Below, piece after piece: positions 23,703 to 34,866 of a stretch of DNA of 64,000 nucleotides (position 1 is its first letter; the number at the start of each line of letters is the position of its first letter). Source of the stretch: Vulcanimicrobiota bacterium (lineage in GTDB: Bacteria; Vulcanimicrobiota; Vulcanimicrobiia; Vulcanimicrobiales; Vulcanimicrobiaceae); the NCBI GenBank assembly GCA_963714015.1, contig OY970223.1, positions 448,001 through 512,000 of the forward strand, given 5' to 3'. The notes under the pieces are model-generated. The model searched no databases. It saw only the letters and a program-made list of their open reading frames with translations, and had not been told where the DNA came from. The position numbers and the translations under genes are program-made.

Positions 23703-24864
23703 CGCAGTAGTCGGGCAGGTTTTGAAGTACCGCTACCCGTTCGCCTACTGAGGGCCGAGCGCCCAAATACCAATTCGCGAGCATCCGCGGACAGATTGTC
23801 TGAAGGTCTTGGTCGGCGTCGCGGATCTGCGATCGTACGGCCGCGACCCGATCGCCCGTAACGGCGACGGCCGCTCCGTCCGTGACTATCTCGGAGCGGC
23901 GCACGTAGCCGTTGTAAAACGGCAATGCGACTAAATAGACGATGCCGATTACCGCACCGAGCAGCGCGAGCCGCGAGACGGGATCGTCGTCGCGGCGGAA
24001 TCCGATGCGATCCGCGATCAGCACCGAGATCGCCACGCCGACTACCAAAAAAGCGCTCTGCACCAGCGCCGTCTGAAGTCCCAGATTCTCGTCGATCCAT
24101 GCCAGCGATCGGGTGATGAAAAAGTGCAGTTCGGGTGCCGTCGATCCGGCCACGATCGTGTCGGGCAGAACGATGCGCTGAGTGTTTCCCCAGCCCATGA
24201 CGTAAGGGGCGCCGGCGCGCGTTCGTTGCGAGACGTGTTCTTCGAGCATCGGAACGGGCACGCGGCTTGCCGTGTATGGCGTATAGCTGGACGTAAGGGG
24301 AGCAATAACGAACGGCGTCACGTACGCAACGAGCAACGTGAACCCGAAGACCGCTCCAATGGTGTAGAGATACCATTGGTGCGTGCGGTCCGCCATCCAC
24401 AGCACGACGGCAGCGGTGATTCCGATCACAATCGTCGTTACGACGGTCCCCACGATCCAATGACCCAGCCACGTGCGAAACAGCAGCTCGTTCAGATCCA
24501 TCAGGCGAAGAAAACGGTACTGAACCGCCTGCGGAATGAGCGCCGCGGCTTTGTCGATGAGCGCCAGCGCCGCACCAAAGCAGAATCGAACGCCGAATTC
24601 CCAGCCGATGCGCCGGCGGAGCCAATCGCGCAACTGAGCGGACTGACCCGAGGCCCAAAATCGCGCAAGTACCAAAATCTGCGCCGCAATCGTCACCAGC
24701 CACACCGGCACGCGAAAACTCTCGAGACGTCCGGCCGCAGCCTCGCGCGCCCGGTCGATGAGCGCGGCGGGCGCCGCGGTCAGCAGCGCATGTGCGGAAA
24801 GAGCGTTGACCTGAACGTCTAAGGCATTGGGGCGTCCTAATACGACCGCGAGCAAGTCGACCAC
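23686..24864 (-). CDS. M48/Ste24-like membrane protein lacking HExxH
   Basis: YVMGWGNTQRIVLPDTI and RPSVGERV match the Ste24 layout; HExxH position reads RSLAW. Start approximate. Confidence 0.78.
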   Translation of the reverse strand: MVDLLAVVLGRPNALDVQVNALSAHALLTAAPAALIDRAREAAAGRLESFRVPVWLVTIAAQILVLARFWASGQSAQLRDWLRRRIGWEFGVRFCFGAALALIDKAAALIPQAVQYRFLRLMDLNELLFRTWLGHWIVGTVVTTIVIGITAAVVLWMADRTHQWYLYTIGAVFGFTLLVAYVTPFVIAPLTSSYTPYTASRVPVPMLEEHVSQRTRAGAPYVMGWGNTQRIVLPDTIVAGSTAPELHFFITRSLAWIDENLGLQTALVQSAFLVVGVAISVLIADRIGFRRDDDPVSRLALLGAVIGIVYLVALPFYNGYVRRSEIVTDGAAVAVTGDRVAAVRSQIRDADQDLQTICPRMLANWYLGARPSVGERVAVLQNLPDYCATRHR

Positions 24865-24914
24865 GCAAGCCTTGTTTACGGCGCTCCAGCGGAACTCCCG
24901 CACCGCGCGATTTT

Positions 24915-26031
24915 CTACTGCGCTGAGTCGTCGTACACCGCGAAGCCACCGCCGCAAGCCGGAAATGAAACCCTGTCGCGCCCCGACCTTTTGCTGTGAT
25001 ACATCGCGGCATCGGCGACTTCGAGCAATTCATTCGCCGTGAGGGCGTCGCTCGGATACGCCGCAATTCCGACGCTCGCGCTGATCGGCAGATCGACGCC
25101 GAAGTCGAAAGTGCGGACCGCTCGGCAAAAGCGCTGCGCGCGTTCGATACAGGCGATTTTCTGCACGTTGTGCAGGATCGCGCAGAATTCATCTCCGCCG
25201 TTGCGCGCGGCGATGTCGATCGCGGGAATCGCATGCAGCCGAAGGAGCGCCGCCATACGTTGAAGCACCATGTCGCCGGCGGCGTGACCGTACGTGTCGT
25301 TGACGCGCTTGAAGTGATCGGTGTCCACGAACCATAACGCCAGGGCGACGTTTCCGCTGATCCGTGCTGCGGCGATCTCTTCCTGCAGTTTGTCTCGAAA
25401 GGCACGGGGCGTATACAGTCCGGTCAGCGCGTCGTAGGTCGCGTTTGCCCGATCGGATTCCCGCTCGGCTGCAAGTGCATACGGGGCGGCTGCTTGTGCG
25501 ACGGTGCTGACGACCGAATCGGCGTTTCGAAACTCGTCCGCAGCGGAAGACACGTAGACTACGGCGGATAACCGATCTCCGCAGGACATGGGAATGGCCA
25601 AAGCGGCGCGGTCGGTGGGAATCAACGGTCTGCCTTCTGCAACCAGTTCTACGCGATGCCCGCAGATTGCAGCACGGGACGGCAGTGCCGCCGCGTCGTC
25701 CCTGCGCAAGCGCAACGTTGCAAAATGTTCGCTGCGCGGGCCGGCTGCATGCACGCAGCGCAGACTCTTCGGCCTCGGGAGCAAACACCAGCACCGCGTC
25801 GATTGACGGATCGAGCACCTTGAGCGTGCGTTCGAGCGCCGTAAGCACGGCCTTAGTCGAATCGCGCGAGGCCGCGGTGACGACACGCACCGCTTCAAGC
25901 AATTGCGACTGCCGGCGGGATGCGTCGTCCAGCGCGCCGCGGGAAGCCTCGGCTTGGCGCTTCATCGTCGCGGCGTAGGCGCCGAAGCACAAACAGAGAA
26001 CCGCCAGGAAAGCCAGACCGGCCGCGTACAC
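24915..26031 (-). CDS. Membrane-anchored GAF-GGDEF diguanylate cyclase; frameshift at 25764
   Basis: N-terminal TM, GAF-like LAIPM...AVVYV, DALTGL, DTDHFKRVNDTYGHAAGD, RNGGDEF. Confidence 0.88.
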
Positions 26032-26040
26032 AGGAGGTAA

Positions 26041-27336
26041 GTGCCCATCCCCGCCGCCGACAAGTCATCCGAGGTCCTCGCGGCCGCGAGCGATGCAAAT
26101 CGCCGCGGCGTTCAACTCCACAGTCAGGGACGCCTCGAAGAAGCCGTTATCGCGTTTCGCCAAGGAATCGATCTGCAGCCCTCCCTGGGCGAACTTCACG
26201 TAAACCTCGCAACGACGCTGATGACGCTGGGGCGTTTCGATGAAGCGCGGTCGGTTTACGAACGCGTTCTCGAAATCGACCCGTCCGACATGCGCGCGCA
26301 CTTGGCGATGTACGAACTAGAACAAATCGCGGGGAACACGGAAAAAGCCCTCGCGCATCAGGATCGGCTGCTGCAGCAGCAGACGCTTTTCACGCAGCTT
26401 GCACCGGCGGAACGGCGCAGCATGCTCGTATTGATGGCCCCGGGCGATTGGCAGGCAAACGTCCCGCTCGACTTTCTCGTGGACCGGGCCACGACGACGT
26501 TGCACCGGCTTTATGTAACGTCGCCGGAGAAAGCCTTTGCCGGCGAGCTGCCGCGCGCGGATCTGGTTTTCAACGCCATCGCCGAATCGGATGAAAACAC
26601 CGCTCGATTGCACTACGCGCAAAGGTTCGTCGCTACGCTCGGACTGCCGGTGCTCAACGCGCCGGAACGCGTATTGGCGACGAGCCGCACGCGCGTCTGG
26701 GAAGCGCTGCACGACCTCGACGGCATTACCGTGCCTCGAACGCTGCGCGTACCGGCGCAAGCACTGATCGGCGCCGAACCCCCCATCGCTTATCCGCTCG
26801 TCGTCCGGCCGGTCGGATCGCACGCCGGCCACGGTTTGGAACGGGTCGCAAATCGCGCAGAATTGGACGCGTATCTGCGCGGCACGGTGTCCGAAGATTA
26901 CTATTTGATGCCGTTCGTCGACTTTTCCAAGCCGGACGGCTTCTACCGCAAATACCGCATCATCGTCGTAGACGGCGTTCCCTACGCTTATCACTTGGCG
27001 ATTTCGCCGCGCTGGATGATTCACTACTACAACGCCCCGATGAGCGCGCACGAGTGGATGCGCGCGGAGGAAGAGCATTTTCTGACCCACTTCGAGGACG
27101 TCTTCGGCGCCGAACTGCAGCGGGCACTGCGCGAGATCGCGCGCGTGCTGCGTTTAGAGTACTTCGGCATCGATTGCTCGATCGATCGCGACGGCAACCT
27201 GCTCCTCTTCGAAGCCGATCCGGCAATGATCGTGCATGCCGGAGACGATCCCGCAATGTTCGGCTACAAAATACCGGCCGCCAAGCGAATTTTCAACGCG
27301 TTCGAGAAGCTGATTGACCGTGTTGGATCCCGCTGA
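26041..27336 (+). CDS. TPR-domain ATP-grasp (RimK-like) protein
   Basis: N-terminal TPRs; PLVVRPVGSHAGHG, KYRIIVVDG, YFGIDC...LLFEAD; AGGAGG RBS. Confidence 0.82.
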   Translation: MPIPAADKSSEVLAAASDANRRGVQLHSQGRLEEAVIAFRQGIDLQPSLGELHVNLATTLMTLGRFDEARSVYERVLEIDPSDMRAHLAMYELEQIAGNTEKALAHQDRLLQQQTLFTQLAPAERRSMLVLMAPGDWQANVPLDFLVDRATTTLHRLYVTSPEKAFAGELPRADLVFNAIAESDENTARLHYAQRFVATLGLPVLNAPERVLATSRTRVWEALHDLDGITVPRTLRVPAQALIGAEPPIAYPLVVRPVGSHAGHGLERVANRAELDAYLRGTVSEDYYLMPFVDFSKPDGFYRKYRIIVVDGVPYAYHLAISPRWMIHYYNAPMSAHEWMRAEEEHFLTHFEDVFGAELQRALREIARVLRLEYFGIDCSIDRDGNLLLFEADPAMIVHAGDDPAMFGYKIPAAKRIFNAFEKLIDRVGSR

Positions 27337-28766
27337 CTGGGAGAGCTTCCGCGCGCAAGCGCACGAAGCGCTGGACGAGGCGATCGACTATCTTCGGGGC
27401 GTGCGCGAGCGCCCGGTCTGGCAAGCGGTCCCGGACGCGGTCAAAGCGGCCTTCGATCTGCCCTTGCCTGCGCAGGGCGCCCCGTTCGCCGACGTTTACC
27501 GCGAGTTCGCGCAAACGATTCTTCCGTACCCCACGGGAAACATCCATCCGCGCTTCTGGGGCTGGGTGCACGGATCCGGTACGCCGAGCGGCGCCATCGC
27601 CGACATGCTGGCCGCGTTCATGAATTCAAACGTCGGCGGCCGCGATCACGGAGCTGTCTACGTCGAGCGTCAAGTCGTCGCGTGGTTTCGCGATCTTTAC
27701 GGCTGGCCGAAGAGCTCCAGCGGAATACTCGTAACGGGTACCTCCGCCGCAAATCTCATCGCGATCCTTGCGGCGCGCACGAACGCGCTCGGCCATGCCG
27801 CCCGGGAACAGGGTCTGGATCAGCGCGGCGAGGGAGCGTTGATCGGCTATGCATCCGCTGCGACGCACGCTTGCGTCCGCAAGGCATTCGAGATTGCCGG
27901 GTTGGGCGCCGCGAACTTGCGCGTGCTCCCCATTGACGCCGAACATCGAATCGACACGCAGACCGTTCGCGAAGCAATCGCTGCCGATCGCGCGGCCGGA
28001 AAACGTCCGTTTTTGATCGTCGGAAATGCGGGAACGGTCGACGTGGGTGCCGTCGATCCGCTCGCGGATCTCGCCGAACTCGCCGATCTCGAAAACGTGT
28101 GGTTTCACGTGGACGGCGCTTTCGGCGCTACGGCGTATCTCTCGGAGCGCTTGCGGCCCAAGCTGCGTGGAATCGAACGGGCCGATTCCTTGGCTTTCGA
28201 CTTTCATAAGTGGCTGCACGTGCCGTACGACGCCGCATGCGTTTTGGTACGAGAGGCAGAGACGCATCGCGCGGCGTTCGCCGGCGAAGGCCCGTACATC
28301 ACCCGCATGACGCGCGGCCTTGCGGCCGGAGACTCCTTGGTTTGCCGATTATGGGCCGGATCTCTCGCGCGGTTTTCGCGCTCTCAAGGTGTGGTTCGCC
28401 GTAAAGGAATTCGGTGCAGCCGGCCTTGCGGCAGCGATCGAACGCAACTGCGATCAGGCACGGCTTCTCCAGTCGCTGATTGAAGCGGACGAGTTCTTCG
28501 AACTGGTCGCCCCGGTCGAACTGCAGATCGTCTGCTTTCGCCCGCGGCGGCCTCACCTTTCCGCCGAGCAGATCGACCGGCTTACGGACGAGAGCGTGAT
28601 CCGGCTGCAAGAGAGCGGCATCGCGGTCATCTCGTCGACGACCATCTTCGGACGGCGCGCCATGCGCGCATGCATCACGAATCATCGTACGCGGGACGAG
28701 GATCTTCCCATGCTCCTGAATGCCCTGCGGGAGTCGATGCGGGAAGCTGAAGAAGCCCTGACGTAG
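27314..28766 (+). CDS. PLP-dependent group II amino-acid decarboxylase; frameshift near 28332
   Basis: HPRFWGW, WFHVDGAFG, SLAFDFHKWLHVP (PLP Lys); continues in the next frame as LSRGFRALKVWF. Confidence 0.9.
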
Positions 28767-28774
28767 GGCCATTC

Positions 28775-31325
28775 ATGCGGTCGCGCATTACCGAACGGCT
28801 CAGGCGGGCTGCCCGTTTTCCGGTCACATTAATCGTCGCTCCCGCCGGTTTCGGGAAAAGCGTCGCGTTGCGAGATTTTTTGGAAGAGTCCGGCCTCGAA
28901 GCAGTCCGCTGCAACGCGCGGCGCGAGGACGGGACGCTGCTTGCGTTCGTCCGCAGTCTGAGCGAAGCGCTCGAACGGGTCGCTCCCAGCGCGCTCGCAT
29001 CCTATCCTTCGGTTCAGCAGCGCGTTCTGGGGTCGGAAGAGCCCGTGCGGCAATTGGCCGATTGGTTCGCAGAGCATTTGAAAACTGTTTCGTGCACGAT
29101 TGCCATCGACGATCTGCATTTTGCGTCCGTGGACCCCGCCTCTATCGCCCTGCTCGCTGATCTGATCGAACGCACGAGCGAACATCTCAAATGGATCATC
29201 GCGGCGCGCTCGGACGTGGGGTTGCCGGTCGGAACCTGGATTGCGTATGGGCGCATGGACATCGCCGTGGGCGAGGAGGAACTGCGTTTTACGACCGGCG
29301 AGGCTCTTGCCGTGGCCGGGGAATCCGGCTCCGAAATCGATCCTCAGGAAGTGGAAGCGCTGCGCCAGCTCACCGAAGGGTGGCCCGTTGCCCTGACCAT
29401 CGCGTTGCGCACCCGTACGCACGCTCACGATTTGCGAACTGCATCGTTCGGAACTCGCGAGATGGTTTACCGGTACCTCGCCGAGCAGGTTTTCGCCGCA
29501 TTGACGTTGCCGCAGCGCGCATTCGCGCTCTCGACGAGCGTATTCTCGGCATTCGACACGTCCGTAACACGAGCGCTCGGCGCGACGCCGGAGTTCGTTT
29601 CGGAAATTCGCCGCAAAGTGACTTTTCTGCAGGAAACCGAACCGGGCCGCTACCGCTATCACGATTTGTTCCGCGACTTTCTGGAAACGGAGCTCCGGCG
29701 CTCGGGCGAAGGTGAATGGGTGCGCGCAGTTTGCGAAGGCGCTGCCGCACTCGGCCGATCGGGACAAGAGCCTGCCGCACTGCTCCTCTTCGCGAAAGCA
29801 CGCTCGGCGGAAGGCATCGTTTCGATCGTCGACCGCTCGGGCTTCAATCTCTTCGAGAGCGGTGAAGCCGATACGCTCGCAACGGCGCTCGAAGCGTTGC
29901 CGGACGAGGTGCGCCGCACCAATCCGAGCGCACTCGGCTTGAGCGCGATGCTCGAGTCCGGACGGGGACATTTTGAAATTGCGGAGCGAGACTTCAAAGA
30001 AGCGATCGGGCTCGCAGCGGATCCGCATCTTCGCGCGGAACTGGTGCTGCGCTACGCCATAGAGATGGTTCGTCAAGACCGCGACTGCACGCCGCTGCTC
30101 GAACCGTATGCCGGCGCATCCGAGCTCTCACCGGAAGAACAGGCGCCGTTGCTCGCTACGCTGGCGACGGCATATGCGCGCGCCCGCCGCACAGCGGATG
30201 CCGTCAACACCATCCAGCGCGCTCTGGAGATTTTGCCGGCCCGCGCTAACGAAACCGTTCGCGCCCGGATCTACCATCAAGCCGCGTACGTCCATCAGTT
30301 CGTCCACGATCCGGATAAGACGGAGCGCTATGCATCACTGGCAGTCGAAATTGCGCTGCGGCGCAACCTTTACGAGCTGGCGGCGCGGGCGTACAGCATT
30401 CTGTACGCCATACGCTACGAAGCCGACGATCCGCTGGGCAGTCTGACCATTCTCGATCGCCTCGTGGAGTCTGCGCGTAAAGCCGCGTCCAATCAGGCGC
30501 GCCTCTTTGCGTTGATGGCGTCGTATGAAATCCAAGTCGAACGCGGCGACGAAGGAGCGCTGGACGAGCTGGACGGCTCGCTGCAAGAGACCCGCACGAC
30601 CTTTACGCTGGCGCGCGCGGAGGCGCTCGTTCCGGCGCTGGCGATGCGCACGGCGTGGTCCGGTGATTTTCGGGCCGCTTACGAGCTCTGCGCGGGGAAC
30701 GTGCAACAGCAATCTACGGCAGAGCGTCGCGCGCTGCTCTCCGCTCAAGCCAGCTTCTACGCTTTGGCCAGCGGACTCCAAAACGAAGGCGAAGACGCCT
30801 ACCGTGAAGCGGCGTCGGCGCTCGAGCGTACGGGGAAACCGAGCCTGCGGGCGACGCTGACACGCGTATTCTTGGCGCTGGCCGACTTGATTCGCGGGCA
30901 TCACGCCGCGGCGCACCGCCTCCTCACGGACGCCGAAGAAGTGACGGCATGGCCGCGGCCGAGGGCATTTGCGCATGCCGTTCGCATTCTGTACCGAGTG
31001 CATTTGGGGCAAGCCGATGCCGCTGCACTCGAAGTCTCACTCGAACGCTTGAGAACCGCGCAATTCGGCGGCGCCGCGCGTCTTATCGCGGCACTTCCGC
31101 TGCCTCAGAGCAAAGGGGGCGGCTACATGCAGCTCTACGCCCGCCGAGCGCGAGATTCTGGAGCTGCTGTCCGCAGGAGCGAGCACCAAAGAGATTGCGA
31201 ATCGGACCGCCCGCAGCGCCCACACCGTAGACACCCATATACGTGCGATTTGCCGCAAGCTGCAGTGCAGCGGCCGGCGAGAAGCGGTAGCGTTAGCCGT
31301 AGGGGCGGGCTGGGTACATAGGTAG
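28775..31325 (+). CDS. MalT-like STAND ATPase-TPR-LuxR transcriptional regulator; frameshift near 31135
   Basis: APAGFGKS, IDDLH, TEGWP, YRYHDLFRDFL. Corrected C-terminus LTPAEREILELLSAGASTKEIA...TVDTHIRAICRKL is a LuxR HTH. Confidence 0.9.
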
Positions 31326-31367
31326 GCGCACCAGGCGGGGTGGTGGCGACTTGCTTTGGAGTTGCAC

Positions 31368-32559
31368 GTGGAATTCGGATTTCGGCGCACGTGGCTGTTA
31401 GCCGGCTGCACGCTCTTGGCGGCTTGCAGTGTGTCGAATTTGCCGGCGTTGCAGCAGACTGAACGAGCCTCGCAAGGCACGGGCAGCGGACTTCCGGCAA
31501 ACGGCGCCAGCGGTTTGCCCGCGAACGGCGCAAGCGGCATGCCGGCGGGCGACAACCTTAGCCTGCAATCTGCTCGATACGCCCGGTCAGGTAGACTGCA
31601 CCATCGCAATCAATCTCAACGTTCAGCCGAACGGCAATCCGAATACTCCGGGCGGCCTGCTTCCGGGATACCATCCTGCGGATCTTCAGGCGGCATACGC
31701 GTTGCCTTCACAACTCAAAGGCGGAACGGTCGCAATCGTGGACGCATACGACGACCCGCTAGCCGAAATCGATTTGGCGGTGTACCGCGCTACGTTCGAC
31801 CTGCCGGCATGCACGACGTCGAACGGATGCTTCAAACGCGTCAACGAAGAGGGCGGCACGAAAAGCTACCCGTTGCCGAACCTGCAATGGCAGCAAGAGA
31901 TCTCGCTCGACATGGACATGGTTTCGGCCATCTGTCCCAACTGCAGCATTCTGCTGGTCGAAGCGAACACGCCGAGCATCCAGGATCTCGGCACGTCGGT
32001 CGATACGGCGGTTCAAATGGGCGCGCAGGCCGTCAGCAACAGCTACTACGCGCAAGAGTATCGAGGCGAGCTGAAAGCCGACAAGTATTACCACCATCCG
32101 GGTGCCGCAATCGTCGTCAGTTCCGGCGATCAACCCGCGTCGTACTATCCTGCCGCCTCACCGTTCGTAACAGCTGTCGGCGGCACGACGCTTAACCTCG
32201 CGAACGGTCGCAGCGAAAAAGCTTGGGCGCCCGCCGGACACGGCTGCAGCGTCTACGAACCGAAGCCCAACTGGCAAGGCTGGACCGGCTGTGCGTCGCG
32301 TTCGTCCGTCGACGTTTCGGCCGTTGCCGATCCGCAAACCGGTGTTGCATTCTGGGATACGACGTCCGGCGGCTGGCTCGTAGCCGGCGGTACCAGCATC
32401 GCGTCGCCCATCGTGGCTGCCGCCTATGCGCTCTCAGCGAATCCCGAAGGACCGGGGTATTCTTATTCGCATCGCAGCGGGTTCAACGAGATTCCGCCCG
32501 GTACGCGATATACGCTCGCCACGGGTCTGGGCTCGCCGAACGGCGTCACCGGATTCTAG
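31368..32559 (+). CDS. S53 (sedolisin-like) lipoprotein peptidase; frameshift near 31562
   Basis: Lipobox LAAC; EISLD, SNSY, SSGD, GGTS, GLGSPNG. Confidence 0.85.
31488..31547 (+). repeat. 2.5 copies of a 24-bp coding repeat (GLPANGAS)
   Basis: Translation GLPANGAS GLPANGAS GMPA in the linker after the lipobox. Confidence 0.75.
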
Positions 32560-32873
32560 ACGCCGACCGCGTCGCTCGATCCGGTGTCCAGCGCCGCCTG
32601 AACCGAGTCAAAGACCGGAAAGAGCTCTTCGAGTCCCGTAGCGCCGAGCAGCCGCCGCACGAAAGCAGACTTCACTGCGAGGCGTATGCGCGAAAGCTGT
32701 CGCTCCTCGCGTTCTTTATGCGTCAGGACGAGCGCACAGATCAACGTGCTCGTGATGTACTTGGCCGCGGTAAGATCGAGCACCACCAAGGGACCGCTCC
32801 CCGCGCATAACAAGCGCTGGTGCAGCTCCTCGCGCCGGTAGATGTCCCACTCGCCCGCCAACGATATAACCAT
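32556..32873 (-). CDS. STAS-domain anti-sigma factor antagonist
   Basis: LAGEWDI, VVLDLT..YITST, VRRLLGATGL..LFPVFDS. Confidence 0.88.
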   Translation of the reverse strand: MVISLAGEWDIYRREELHQRLLCAGSGPLVVLDLTAAKYITSTLICALVLTHKEREERQLSRIRLAVKSAFVRRLLGATGLEELFPVFDSVQAALDTGSSDAVGV

Positions 32874-32900
32874 CTCCCCTTCATCCTACCCCGCCGGCAG

Positions 32901-32941
32901 GCAGGCGCGCCGTACTCAATTTACGGTATGTCGGCGCCTGC
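32901..32941. promoter_or_regulatory. Nested inverted repeat, possible operator, between STAS and S53 genes
   Basis: CCGTA-N7-TACGG inside GCAGGCGC...GCGCCTGC. Confidence 0.4.
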
Positions 32942-32981
32942 GCTTCAACACGTACGCTGTAGCGGTGGAGGAAGATTTCCA

Positions 32982-34808
32982 ATGAAGAGATTGACAGTGC
33001 TCGCGATTGCCGCGGGGCTATTGACGGCATCGTGCGCAGGACACAGCGGAAGTTCCGCGTTGCCCCAGGTGGGCGCCGGCGTTAAAAGCGGCGGTCCGAA
33101 CCGCCATATGAGCCAGCAAAACGTACCGCCGGGATGGGCCGCCACGGCGACGCAACCGGTCAACCTTGCCAATGCCGTCGACCTGGGAGCGCTTCCCGCA
33201 AGCCAGTCGCTCACGATTCGCGTGGGCCTAGCGCTCCGGAACCAAAGCCAGCTGCAATCGCTCGTAAGCAGCGGTCAAACCGTCGAACCGTCGGCGTTCA
33301 TGTCGAATTATGCGCCGACCAATGCGCAGATTTCGCAAGTTACGAGTTATCTTCAATCAAAAGGCTTCACCAGCATCAGCGCCGAGCCGAACAATCTGAT
33401 CGTCAGCGCCACCGCAACGGCGGCGCAGGCGCAGACGGCGTTCGACACGACGCTGCATTCGTTTTCAATCAAAGGCGTGACGGTGTGGGGCAACGTTACC
33501 CCCGCCTACGTCCCGGCATCGCTCGGCGGCATCGCCATCGCCGTATTAGGTTTGAGCAACGAACAGACTATGGCGGCGACGCCGCGCACCACGACCAAGC
33601 CGCAGCCCGCGCCGACGCCCTCGCCGACACCGGGACCGCCGTCGCCGTGCAGCTTGTACGGACTGGAGATCGTCGGATTCCCGACCGGACCGGAGCCTGA
33701 GCCCGACACGCAATACGGCTGTCTGCGCAACTATTATCCCGCCGACTACTGGCGCGCGTACGATGCACTCAAGGCGCCCACCGGCAGCAACGTAAGCATT
33801 GCGATCATGACCGCAGGTCAGTTGGGCGACGCAGTCAACAATCTGCGTCAGAATGAGACGTCGGACGGGCTCGCGCAGGTTCCCGTTATCACGAAGCAAG
33901 TCGGCGTTCCGGGCGGCGTGATCACGGACGGCGTAGACGAATGGACGCTCGACATGACCGCGTCCAGCGGCATGGCGCGCTCGCTCAAATCGCTCTACGT
34001 CTACGATACGACGTCACTGGACGATTCGGACATCGCACTCATGTACAACCGATGGGTGACCGATCGCCTCGGCAAGATCGGCAACTCGTCCTTCGGCGGA
34101 TGCGAATACGGACCGTTTTTGGACGGCTCGATGATTTTGGACGACGAGATCTTCTTGCAAGGCGCATCGCAAGGACAGACGATGTTTGCCTCGACGGGCG
34201 ACACGGGATCCTTCTGCCCGGTCGAAGTCGGCGTGAACGGCATCCCGGCCGGCCTTCCGCTCGTGAACTATCCCGCTTCTTCGCCGTACGTCGTCGGAGT
34301 CGGCGGAACGACGCTCGTCACGCAAAACGACGGATCCTATCAGAGTGAAGCCGCGTGGTATTCGGGCGGCGGCGGCGTCAGCCAATTCGAGTACTCGCCG
34401 GTGTGGGAATCGCCCGCGCAGCCCATCGGTCAGAACGCCGACATGCGCGGACTTCCCGACATCGCCATGGATGCGGATCTGCAGACCGGTATGAATCTGT
34501 ACGACGCGGATCAAGGCGGATGGATCGTCATCGGCGGAACGAGTCTGGCATCACCGCTCGCCGCCGGCACCTACGCGCGACTGCTCTCCGCCAATACCAA
34601 ACTCGGATTTGCGCCGCCGCAGTTCTACACCAACTTCACCTCGCACACAGCGGGCGCACAAGTAACGGGACCCCCGCCGTGGCAGCCGGACGGTGGATTT
34701 CACGACTTGCTCGTGGGAGCCAACGGAACATACACTGCGCTGCCGGGCTACGACTACACGACGGGTCTGGGTTCGATCGATGTGGGCGTGATGGCAACTC
34801 AACTCTAG
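32982..34808 (+). CDS. S53 kumamolisin/sedolisin-like lipoprotein peptidase with activation prodomain
   Basis: Lipobox LTASC, prodomain, Pro/Thr linker, EWTLD, STGD, GGTS, GYDYTTGLGS; GGAGG RBS. Confidence 0.92.
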   Translation: MKRLTVLAIAAGLLTASCAGHSGSSALPQVGAGVKSGGPNRHMSQQNVPPGWAATATQPVNLANAVDLGALPASQSLTIRVGLALRNQSQLQSLVSSGQTVEPSAFMSNYAPTNAQISQVTSYLQSKGFTSISAEPNNLIVSATATAAQAQTAFDTTLHSFSIKGVTVWGNVTPAYVPASLGGIAIAVLGLSNEQTMAATPRTTTKPQPAPTPSPTPGPPSPCSLYGLEIVGFPTGPEPEPDTQYGCLRNYYPADYWRAYDALKAPTGSNVSIAIMTAGQLGDAVNNLRQNETSDGLAQVPVITKQVGVPGGVITDGVDEWTLDMTASSGMARSLKSLYVYDTTSLDDSDIALMYNRWVTDRLGKIGNSSFGGCEYGPFLDGSMILDDEIFLQGASQGQTMFASTGDTGSFCPVEVGVNGIPAGLPLVNYPASSPYVVGVGGTTLVTQNDGSYQSEAAWYSGGGGVSQFEYSPVWESPAQPIGQNADMRGLPDIAMDADLQTGMNLYDADQGGWIVIGGTSLASPLAAGTYARLLSANTKLGFAPPQFYTNFTSHTAGAQVTGPPPWQPDGGFHDLLVGANGTYTALPGYDYTTGLGSIDVGVMATQL

Positions 34809-34830
34809 ATCCGGCTAGCATCACCCCGGG

Positions 34831-34866
34831 AAGAGGCGCCGTCTCACGCACGGCGCTTCTTTCTTT
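34831..34866 (+). terminator. Intrinsic terminator between convergent genes
   Basis: AAGAGGCGCCGT-loop-ACGGCGCTTCTT followed by TCTTT. Confidence 0.7.
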
